A DNA stretch of 64,000 nt, from the NCBI GenBank assembly GCA_964471945.1, contig CAYYIJ010000001.1:48168-112167 (forward strand). The letters are read 5' to 3'. The DNA comes from an uncultured Chlorobiaceae bacterium (lineage in GTDB: Bacteria; Bacteroidota; Ignavibacteria; UBA10030; SZUA-254). This document shows positions 1 to 7,820 of this stretch, one piece after another. The notes under the pieces are model-generated. The model saw only the letters and a list, made by a program, of their open reading frames with translations. It was not told the origin of the DNA and did no database searches. The position numbers and the translations under genes were made by a program. Within the stretch, counting starts at the first letter, position 1. Every line of letters begins with the position of its first letter.

Positions 1-708
1 AAACTGCACATTGTCCATTGCCCAGAAATACCAGTTTGCCAGTTCGCTGAAAAATCTTTTGTTGAGCTCTTTGGTATCAAGTGTTTTCTGCCATGCGTTG
101 TGCAGCTCAACAAAGTCTGTGAACTGAAATTTATCTTTGAGTTCATCAAACGAAAGGTCAAACAAAATTTCAATGTGGGCTCTGTGCGGGTTTGCAATGT
201 TGATGTCTTTAATCAAGGTAACTTTTTCCAATACGTCCTTGTTTGTGCCACGCTTGCTTTCTCGGCGGTTAATCATTGATAAGGTGAGGAACTTTCCATA
301 ACGGAAAAATACCATCACGGGCATATCAAATAATCTGTTTATCAAGCGAGTAATATCTGAGAGTCGTCCTCGTGGGTAATCATTTTGTTTAAGCTCAACT
401 GCAAAAAACAGATACGATTGAATAAGGTCTGTGTCAATTGTATTAAAAAGCCCATCCCCAGATTTTATCTCATCATCGGTCAACTGGAAAATCAACTCGG
501 CAGTTTTAATCTCATCAAACCTTGACTGGTCAACACCTCGTTCGTCTGCCCGTCTCTTTAACGAATCAAAATTAATCTTGGTTTTCTTTTTACTTTGGTA
601 ACCGAGAACATTCAGGAGTACCAAACAATTGGATTCAACATTTCCTTTTGAAAACGCTGTGAGAGCTTCTTGGATCAGCTCTCGGTGTCGCACACCATCC
701 GTTTTCAT
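1..708 (-). CDS. Partial CDS, N-terminal 236 aa, continuing past the left edge. PD-(D/E)XK-type N-terminal domain resembling MmeI/YeeA-family Type IIG RM or DISARM DrmMI-like methyltransferase N-termini.
   Basis: Reverse-strand frame is open from the ATG (rc of 706-708) to position 1, checked codon by codon. ATGA overlap with the stop of the DUF1016 gene implies translational coupling. Motifs: GDGLFNTIDTD...LFFAVELK (D...ExK), then VMVFFRYGKFLTL. Assignment to a Type IIG/methylase family is inference from recalled MmeI N-terminal layout. Confidence 0.5.
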   Translation of the reverse strand, partial: MKTDGVRHRELIQEALTAFSKGNVESNCLVLLNVLGYQSKKKTKINFDSLKRRADERGVDQSRFDEIKTAELIFQLTDDEIKSGDGLFNTIDTDLIQSYLFFAVELKQNDYPRGRLSDITRLINRLFDMPVMVFFRYGKFLTLSMINRRESKRGTNKDVLEKVTLIKDINIANPHRAHIEILFDLSFDELKDKFQFTDFVELHNAWQKTLDTKELNKRFFSELANWYFWAMDNVQF

Positions 709-1775
709 TTTTCGAATCTCTCCTTTGCCGCAATGACTGCCTTATGGAGTTTTTCTTCGAGAAGTTTCTTCGGCGGCAAACCGGTCAGGTATTGCGCCAC
801 TCGGATATTTCCTTTATTGAGCATCAGGAGTTCAATGTGCTCATCTGATTTGTCAGCGCAGAGTATTAAACCAACGGGTGATTCTTCTCCGTTAGCTCGT
901 TCATACTTGTCAAGCCAGTTCAGATACAATTCCATCTGCGATTTATAAGCGGCTTTGAATTTGCCTAACTTCAAATCGATGACAACCAACCTGCGGAGTT
1001 TTCGGTGGTAGAAGAGAAGGTCGATGTAATAATCTTCATTATCAACAGTGATGCGTCTTTGTCTTGCTAAGAAAGCGAAATCGGTTCCTAGTTCAATAAT
1101 GAATCTTTGTAACTCAGAAACGATTGCAGATTCTAAATCCTTTTCGCTGTATGTATCTTTTAGTCCAAGAAAATCAAGAAAGTACGGGTCACGGAACACG
1201 AGGTCGGGAGTGAGTTTATTACCATCTCGAAGAGATTTCAATTCTTGTTTGATGAGCCTGTCGGGCTTCTTCGAGATTGCCGTGCGTTCGTAGAGCATAC
1301 TCGATATTTTGTCACGCAGAGTGCGAACACTCCATCGTTCGATACGGCACATTTCTGCGTAAAAATTACGTTGAAGATTATCTTCGAGTGCAATAAGCTC
1401 CACGAAGTGGCTCCAGCCCAATTGTTGCGACAGTGTCGCAACAATCTTAGAGCGTGGAAATTTTTCAGCAAATGTCACCATCCGTGTCAATGCACTGTAA
1501 GTAAATCCTTTTCCATATTCGTTTGTCAATTGTGCAGACAATGTCTGCAATATCTGTTTCCCGTATTCTGCCCTCTGTTCACCGAGGGTGCCCTTAAGAA
1601 TTCTTGTGCCGATTTGCCAGTACAACATGACAAGCGTAGCGTTAACTGTTTGAATGACCTGCGACCGAGCAGTCTCAATAAGCGAACGAATCTCCCCAAA
1701 TAATTTTTGCGTTGCTTGTTCTGGCTTTGCAGGCTGAGATTTGGTAATCCTTTTAAAGTTTTTTCTTTCCCTCAT
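705..1775 (-). CDS. DUF1016 / YhcG-family PD-(D/E)XK nuclease.
   Basis: 356 aa. N-terminal LYWQIGTRIL region and C-terminal YIDLLFYHRKLRRLVVIDLKLGKF (D...ELK-like) are typical of YhcG/DUF1016, which are frequently embedded in RM/defence loci. Confidence 0.8.
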   Translation of the reverse strand: MRERKNFKRITKSQPAKPEQATQKLFGEIRSLIETARSQVIQTVNATLVMLYWQIGTRILKGTLGEQRAEYGKQILQTLSAQLTNEYGKGFTYSALTRMVTFAEKFPRSKIVATLSQQLGWSHFVELIALEDNLQRNFYAEMCRIERWSVRTLRDKISSMLYERTAISKKPDRLIKQELKSLRDGNKLTPDLVFRDPYFLDFLGLKDTYSEKDLESAIVSELQRFIIELGTDFAFLARQRRITVDNEDYYIDLLFYHRKLRRLVVIDLKLGKFKAAYKSQMELYLNWLDKYERANGEESPVGLILCADKSDEHIELLMLNKGNIRVAQYLTGLPPKKLLEEKLHKAVIAAKERFEK

Positions 1776-1793
1776 TTCTTTTTTTCCCTATTA

Positions 1794-4700
1794 CTATTTG
1801 ATAATTAGCCAAGTAATCAGTTCAAAGTCGTCTTCAACCTTGGGTAACTGGTCTTCGTCAATCAATCTTCCACCTCTGCCCTCTAATTGCATTTCATTTC
1901 GTCTGTCAAGCAAAGATGCAATATTGCTCACTGCCTTTTGCATCATACCAGAATACAAATCCATTTTCTTACCCTCGTCAGTTTCTTCATTAAATAATCT
2001 ACACAATTCTTCCAAATATTCTTTCCTGCCTGAGCATAAAAGTCGGAACATTTCTAAGATTTGTTTTGGGTGTGTAAAACTAAAACGCACATCACCGTTG
2101 TTTCGTACATACACGAGATAATATGGTTGCAATGGATTTACCTTTTCAGTTGCTTTAGCATCTTCTTTTTGTTTCAAACAAAATATAACTCCTGGCTGCA
2201 ATACATCTTTCGCTTTTTCTGTAAGGTTTAAGCTCTCAACTTCTTTTGATGTAAGTGCATATATCCCAAAAAGTGCATCGTCCAATTTATCTTTGTTCTC
2301 TTGTAGATAATTAATCAGGTCAATACGAAAATCATCCAATGTAAATTCACTCAACGAGGGAATATTTTCGTTGAGGTCATCCATTTCTAATACTTCATCT
2401 TTCATCCTTAACAACTGTTTATCACGATAACGTAATTCTGTTTCTACCAAATCTTTTATTTCATCAGGATTTAATACATTATCTTCATGCGTTGCGGTTA
2501 CATCTACCAGTGCCATCCGTGCCTCAACACGATATTTCAGTTTGATATATTTGTCTAAGTTTGGCGTAGGCCAAAAGTTTACCAAATGAATCTTATCGTT
2601 CAGCGAACCGATGCGGTCAATTCTACCAAATCGCTGAATTACTCTGACTGGATTCCAGTGAATGTCATAGTTAATAAGGTAATCGCAATCCTGTAAATTC
2701 TGTCCTTCACTTATGCAGTCTGTTGCTATCAAAATATCAATCTCACCTTCCTGAGGCATAGCTTCTTTTAATTTTTCTCTTTGCTTGGCGATCGGGCAAA
2801 AGTTGGTCAGGATATGATTATACTCAGTGAGTTCCTTAAAACCTTTCGGTTGAAAATTTGTTCTATTACCACCCGTCCCACCAGTAACCATAGCGGTATG
2901 TAAATTTAATTCTTGCATTGCCCTATCAGCAATATTGTCATAAAGGTACGATGCTGTATCAGCGAAGGCAGTAAATATCAAAACCTTTTTATTGAATTTA
3001 CCGTCACGATTTTTGGTCGGGTTGTTAGCTTTTTGTGAAATAAGGTATCTCAGTTTCTTAAGTTTTGCATCACGGTCAGGAGTTACTGCTTCTGCATTAT
3101 CACGTAATAAGCTCAACTGTTCTTTGTCTTTTTTTAAGTCCTTAAGCCAGTTGTCAAGATGCAAATGTTTTAATTCGTATCTAAGTTTCTTACCAACTGT
3201 GTAAAGCTCATTGTATTCTTCGTCTTCTTCTCCTTCCATTTTTGTATCATCTAAATCAAATTCAGAGTCTTCGGCTTTCTTTTTTAGGTAATCTTTTATT
3301 TTTATTTCAAGTGCTTCGATTTTACTTACACATCGTTGCATTGTAATTTCAAATGATTCAACTGAACTTTCCAACCGTTTCAAAAAATTTACTTTCATCA
3401 TTCCAATCAAAAACTCTTCACGGTCTTCCTGCTTAAACACAGCCGCACCGATTGATTGTGCTTTCTCAGAATAATGTTGCTTAAATTCTTGTTTTACATA
3501 AGAAGATGGTTTGAATAATGATAATTCATATTTTTCGATTTCATCTTGTAATCTATCATAAGAAAGGAAGCTACCCTTAAGGTCAATGTCGCTGTAAATA
3601 GGGTGTGGTTTCCCTCTGTCAGGGAATAAACCAATTTTTTCCATCTCGTGGCGATAATATTTCTTTATGTGATTACGTGAGCGAGATATTGTAAGTTCAT
3701 CGAGTAACTTGAACAATGCACTATCTAATTTGTCAAGAAGTTCCTTGCTGCTGATTGCTTCTCTTTGTTTTTGCTTTGCCCAATGAGTGAATTGAGTTTG
3801 TGCAAGTTTTAAAGTTTCAGAAAAACTTTTTATTTGCAGTGTTTCTGTGAAAGCTTTATCATTATCATCTGTGATGATGCGTATTTGATTACGTAAATCC
3901 TTAAGGTTAGTGTTTACTGGTGTTGCTGAAAGTAATAATACTTTTGTTTTAACACCCGAACCAATAATATCCTGTAGTAATCTTTCGTAACGGCTCTTTC
4001 GTATAATTTTTTCATCTTCATCCTTTTTTCCTTTTGTGTCGTTACGAAAATTATGGCTTTCATCAATTACGACTAAATCGAAAGCTCCCCAGTTAAACTC
4101 TGCTAACTTTATCCCGTCTGCATCTGAAGTACCGGTAATCCGACTTAAATCTGTATGATATAATACTGTATATGAAAAGCGGTCTTTAGTGAAAGGATTT
4201 AATATATTCCCCTTGTGTGCTTGATATACTGTCCAATTGTCTTTTAACTTTTTCGGACAAATCACTAATACACGGAAGTTCTTAAGTTCAAAATATTTGA
4301 TAATTGCAAGTGCTTCATAGGTTTTACCTAAGCCAACACTATCGGCAATGATACAGCCATTGTGTCGATTAATTTTATTTATCGCTGACTTAACAGCATC
4401 CTTTTGAAAATCGAACAATGTGTTCCAGATTTGAGTATCCTTAAGCGTTCCACCTTCAGTTAGTAGGTCTGCTGATTTTTGCTTTTCTATAAAATCGTAG
4501 AAAAGATGATAAAGAGTTTTGTAATAGATAAATTCAGGTGAATAATCATGATATAGTTGTTTAAGATATTGAAGTACTTCATCTTTCACATCTTCTACCT
4601 CAACACCATCCATTTCATTGTTCCATAACTTAGTGAACCATAATCTTAAATCTTCTCTATCACGTTTGCTGTCTACTTCCAGATTCAGTTCGATGTTTTT

Positions 4701-5171
4701 ATAGGTTGATAATCCCAGTCCCCTAACAGTGAAGTTTGAACTTCCTATAATAGCATCCTCTATACCGTTATTGTTGATATGATAGAGTTTGCCATGAAGA
4801 AAATTAACTTTTTTTACTGAACGAATTTCAACTTTCTTTTCAATCCAATCCGAACATTCTCTTGCAATACGGTTTTGCTCAAGTACATTCACAAGTTCAA
4901 TATTTTCATCTTGAATCATGAATGCTTTCTTAGATGCTTTAGATGGGTCGAGGGATTTGGTAAAACTTGGGTCACCATATAAAAACCGAAGTGAATTGAT
5001 TTGTCCCAATTCATTTTTCAATGCTTCATAAGCATAAATAGTGAAAAATGCAGAAACGACAGACATGTCACTCCCCGGTTTGATTTTTCCCTTTAAGAAA
5101 TCACCTACAGAACCATGCTGATGATTGTCTTTTATGGAAGATAAATTTCTTTCTCTTGATGTATCAGCCAT
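1794..5171 (-). CDS. Fusion protein: N-terminal PLD-like (HKD) nuclease domain + SNF2/Rad54-family helicase + ~300-aa uncharacterized C-terminal domain.
   Basis: 1125 aa. HKD-like motif LHGKLYHINNNGIEDAIIGSSNFT near the N-terminus. SNF2 motifs: SVGLGKT (I), VVIDESHNFRN (II), LLLSATPVNTNLKDL (III), ILIATDCISEGQNLQ...HWNPVRVIQRFGRIDRIGS (V/VI). Confidence 0.85.
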   Translation of the reverse strand: MADTSRERNLSSIKDNHQHGSVGDFLKGKIKPGSDMSVVSAFFTIYAYEALKNELGQINSLRFLYGDPSFTKSLDPSKASKKAFMIQDENIELVNVLEQNRIARECSDWIEKKVEIRSVKKVNFLHGKLYHINNNGIEDAIIGSSNFTVRGLGLSTYKNIELNLEVDSKRDREDLRLWFTKLWNNEMDGVEVEDVKDEVLQYLKQLYHDYSPEFIYYKTLYHLFYDFIEKQKSADLLTEGGTLKDTQIWNTLFDFQKDAVKSAINKINRHNGCIIADSVGLGKTYEALAIIKYFELKNFRVLVICPKKLKDNWTVYQAHKGNILNPFTKDRFSYTVLYHTDLSRITGTSDADGIKLAEFNWGAFDLVVIDESHNFRNDTKGKKDEDEKIIRKSRYERLLQDIIGSGVKTKVLLLSATPVNTNLKDLRNQIRIITDDNDKAFTETLQIKSFSETLKLAQTQFTHWAKQKQREAISSKELLDKLDSALFKLLDELTISRSRNHIKKYYRHEMEKIGLFPDRGKPHPIYSDIDLKGSFLSYDRLQDEIEKYELSLFKPSSYVKQEFKQHYSEKAQSIGAAVFKQEDREEFLIGMMKVNFLKRLESSVESFEITMQRCVSKIEALEIKIKDYLKKKAEDSEFDLDDTKMEGEEDEEYNELYTVGKKLRYELKHLHLDNWLKDLKKDKEQLSLLRDNAEAVTPDRDAKLKKLRYLISQKANNPTKNRDGKFNKKVLIFTAFADTASYLYDNIADRAMQELNLHTAMVTGGTGGNRTNFQPKGFKELTEYNHILTNFCPIAKQREKLKEAMPQEGEIDILIATDCISEGQNLQDCDYLINYDIHWNPVRVIQRFGRIDRIGSLNDKIHLVNFWPTPNLDKYIKLKYRVEARMALVDVTATHEDNVLNPDEIKDLVETELRYRDKQLLRMKDEVLEMDDLNENIPSLSEFTLDDFRIDLINYLQENKDKLDDALFGIYALTSKEVESLNLTEKAKDVLQPGVIFCLKQKEDAKATEKVNPLQPYYLVYVRNNGDVRFSFTHPKQILEMFRLLCSGRKEYLEELCRLFNEETDEGKKMDLYSGMMQKAVSNIASLLDRRNEMQLEGRGGRLIDEDQLPKVEDDFELITWLIIK

Positions 5172-5515
5172 TTTAGATTTACTATTATGTCAATACTGTT
5201 ATGGATTAAACTTTCAATATACCATCTCAACAAGCCGTCATAAATGTAAGGGAAAAAGAAAGAAGAAGCAAAATCATCCTCAAGGAAACGTGACTCCCAA
5301 ATTAAGACTACCCCCTACATCTTTTTTAGCTTTTTCTTAGAGAGCATGCTTATACCTTTGTACCTTCAAGAGCCGGTGTAATGGAGTAACACTAGGCATA
5401 CCCCCACCAATAAAAAATCCTAACAATCTACTGTTAGGGTTAACCTAATCCACCAGAAAAATCCATCCTCCCTAATAGAAATATAAAAATTATTCCCCTT
5501 AAGTTGATTAATGTT

Positions 5516-6360
5516 TCAATTTAAAGGTATAGAAATCTTGTTGACCGCATTATGAAGCTCACTCGCTGCAAGATGAGAATAAACCTCAGTAACCTTCACA
5601 CTGGAATGCCCAAGAAGCTTCTGCACCTCATAAATGCTCACCCCATCCTGTACAAGCCAGCTTGCAAAAGTATGTCTCAAGCTGTGAAAGTGGAGTTTAT
5701 CGTTTAATCCTGCAACGCTTACATACTCTTTAAATTTATGAGTAACAAAACCCTCTTTGACCTTAACATCGCTAAGCGGTAGTGTTCGCCTTTTGCCCTG
5801 TTTTGTCTTAAACGTTGGATTGCTCTTAACCTGAATTAGCTTTCGCTGCAAATCAACATCCTGCCAGCGTAAGTTGATAATTTCTCCACGCCTCATTCCT
5901 GTCAATACTGCAAATATTACTATTTCCTTAAGCCAGTTTTCTTTGATAATCAAAATGAGTTTTTGAAAGTCTTCTTTGGTGAAAAATGCAGGAGGCAATT
6001 CAGGTGTGTGTACAAGCTGTACGTTGCTGAACGGATTGCTTTCAATATGCCGTGGAGTAATATCAGTGAGAAGGCAATCTCCTGCGACCGTGTGAAGGTG
6101 TCTCAATCCAATTACAAAAATATCTACTGTTGGCTTTGCATAGGTTGCCCTTGCGTAAGAAAGATACTCTTGTGTGAGTTGTGTAAGGGTTTTTGTTTTT
6201 GGCTTCGACTATCATAACGCCTTGAACTCTGTCAGCTTTTTCAGCGCTTCATACTTGAGAGAACATTTTGAGGATTTCCAGCGCTTCTTACCTTGTTCAT
6301 CAGAATAACCAATATAATAAATGCTATTACGCTTCCAGAGGTAAAACTTTGGTGAGAGAA
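5516..6360 (-). pseudogene. Tyrosine recombinase/integrase, apparently frameshifted and N-terminally degraded.
   Basis: Catalytic C-terminal domain is in one frame (LRHTFASWLVQDGVSIYEVQKLLGHSSVKVTEVYSHL; R..HxxR..Y). It is extendable only to an ATG at 6212-6214. A short arm-binding-like N-terminal segment (KFYLWKRNSIYYIGYSDEQGKKRWKSSKCSLKYEALKKL) lies in a different frame at ~6210-6360, with no ATG, and ends in a stop that overlaps the other frame. Confidence 0.55.
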
Positions 6361-6373
6361 CCTATCTTTTTAG

Positions 6374-6448
6374 TCGGAACGGCGGGATTTGAACCCGCGA
6401 CCCCTTGCACCCCAAGCAAGTGCGCTAGCCGGGCTGCGCCACGTTCCG
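6374..6448 (-). tRNA. tRNA-Pro (anticodon GGG).
   Basis: 75-nt cloverleaf read on the minus strand: acceptor CGGAACG/CGTTCCG, anticodon stem CTTGC/GCAAG with loop TTGGGGT (G37), T-arm GCGGG-TTCAAAT-CCCGC, discriminator A, no encoded CCA. Confidence 0.85.
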
Positions 6449-6475
6449 TCTGGATTGCTGATATAAAAAAACTAC

Positions 6476-6886
6476 TCAGGTCAGCTTCACCAATAGTTCT
6501 TCAAGAAATCTTTTAATCTCAACCATATCATTCCTCAAACGATTCTCAGTCGTTTTTTGTTGTTGTGTCGGCGTTGAGGGTGCCGTTGTGGTTACACCTT
6601 CGTGTATCAACTCTAATTGTTCACCTGTTTCACTATCGGGCATATAATCTTTGAGAACCTGTTTAGCTCCTTCAATCGTATACCGTTCTTCACGCAGTAA
6701 TCTTTTTATGAACAAAATGAGTTTAATATCCTTGCTCGTATATATACGGTTACCCGCTCTATTTTTTGCAGGTCCAAGTTGCTCAAATTCCGATTCCCAG
6801 TACCGGAGTACATATTGTTCAAGGTCAGCAATTTTACTAACCTCACTGATTGAATAATACAGCTTCTTTATTCCTAATTGTTTCAT
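6476..6886 (-). CDS. MerR-family transcriptional regulator.
   Basis: N-terminal HTH YYSISEVSKIADLEQYVLRYWE is typical of MerR. 136 aa. Confidence 0.7.
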   Translation of the reverse strand: MKQLGIKKLYYSISEVSKIADLEQYVLRYWESEFEQLGPAKNRAGNRIYTSKDIKLILFIKRLLREERYTIEGAKQVLKDYMPDSETGEQLELIHEGVTTTAPSTPTQQQKTTENRLRNDMVEIKRFLEELLVKLT

Positions 6887-7037
6887 ATTAAATCCATTTG
6901 AGGATAAAATTTGATATTAATCATACCAAACATACGGAAATTCTCAATTAAAGGCAACATCCGTTCATTTGGAAATTCATGTAACCGTGTATCTAAATAT
7001 TTTTTGCTTTAACGATATAAAACGATTATATTTGACC

Positions 7038-7787
7038 ATGACAAAGAAAGAACTCAGACAGCTATTACAACAATACAAGCGTGGTAAGCTTAGCGATCAA
7101 CAAATAGTAGAGAAGATATCCTCACTAAAATTTGAATCACTTAGTTTTGCTACAATAGATCATCATCGTCAACTTAGACAGGGATTCCCGGAGGTTATTT
7201 TGTGTCAAGGTAAAACACCCGATCAAGTTGCTGAGATCGCCTCGAGGATTCATAAACGTTCACAGCCACTATTAGCAACTCGCGCAACACCTGATCATTA
7301 TAAAGCGGTGAAAAAGGAAATCCGTCAGAGCCATTACCATAAGTTTGCTCGTACAATTACAGCGAATGAACCAAAAAAGCAGTTACTGAACCGTGGAACA
7401 ATTCTCGTAATCACGGCTGGAACATCCGACATTCCAGTGGCTGAGGAAGCTTTTATTACTTCTCAAATGCTCGGCAATCCAGTTGAAAGATTATATGATG
7501 TTGGAGTTGCTGGTATTCACCGCTTGCTATCCCAAAGCGAAAAACTTATGAAAGCAAGCGTAATAATTGTAGTTGCAGGAATGGAGGGTGCCCTTCCAAG
7601 TGTGGTTGGTGGTTTAGTGGATGTACCAGTTATTGCTGTTCCAACTTCAATCGGTTATGGTGCAAGTTTTCAAGGTGTCGCAGCGTTGCTCGGGATGTTG
7701 AACACGTGTGCAAGCGGTGTTACTGTTGTGAATATTGATAATGGATTTGGGGCTGGGTTTGCAGCAAGTTTGATGAACAAAAGATAG
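7038..7787 (+). CDS. larB: LarB-like (PurE-related) nickel-pincer nucleotide biosynthesis carboxylase/hydrolase.
   Basis: Diagnostic IDHHRQLRQGFPEVI motif plus a PurE-like core VVAGMEGALPSVVGGL..PVIAVPTSIGYG. The likely start is the internal Met (MTKKELRQLL), not the ORF-track start at 6969. Confidence 0.8.
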   Translation: MTKKELRQLLQQYKRGKLSDQQIVEKISSLKFESLSFATIDHHRQLRQGFPEVILCQGKTPDQVAEIASRIHKRSQPLLATRATPDHYKAVKKEIRQSHYHKFARTITANEPKKQLLNRGTILVITAGTSDIPVAEEAFITSQMLGNPVERLYDVGVAGIHRLLSQSEKLMKASVIIVVAGMEGALPSVVGGLVDVPVIAVPTSIGYGASFQGVAALLGMLNTCASGVTVVNIDNGFGAGFAASLMNKR

Positions 7788-7820
7788 CCGAATTTAAATA
7801 AATAAATCGATAATTTAATT

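Larger units (their letters stand above)
1..6373. mobile_element. tRNA-Pro-associated genomic island (partial; left boundary outside the window) carrying a defence-type gene set.
   Basis: The integrase remnant lies immediately 3' of the tRNA and is followed by the nuclease/helicase/DUF1016 genes. No second att repeat is visible in the window. Confidence 0.5.

Noticed and set aside
1245-1703. 152-aa ORF antisense to the DUF1016 gene, and the other antisense ORFs in the track (e.g. 16873-17622, 12466-12807, 28500-29120, 52296-54041).
   Set aside because: They are fully embedded antisense to strongly supported genes with clear homology. Their peptides are low-complexity or biased, typical shadow ORFs in AT-rich DNA.
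1-6373. Interpretation of the left-end island as a prophage.
   Set aside because: There are no capsid, terminase, tail or repressor-like genes in 6.4 kb. The content is exclusively nuclease/helicase/methylase-type, which fits a defence island rather than a phage.
6268-6516. 82-aa plus-strand ORF.
   Set aside because: It is entirely overlapped by the tRNA-Pro gene and the MerR 3' end on the opposite strand. Its peptide is low-complexity, so it is the antisense of real features.
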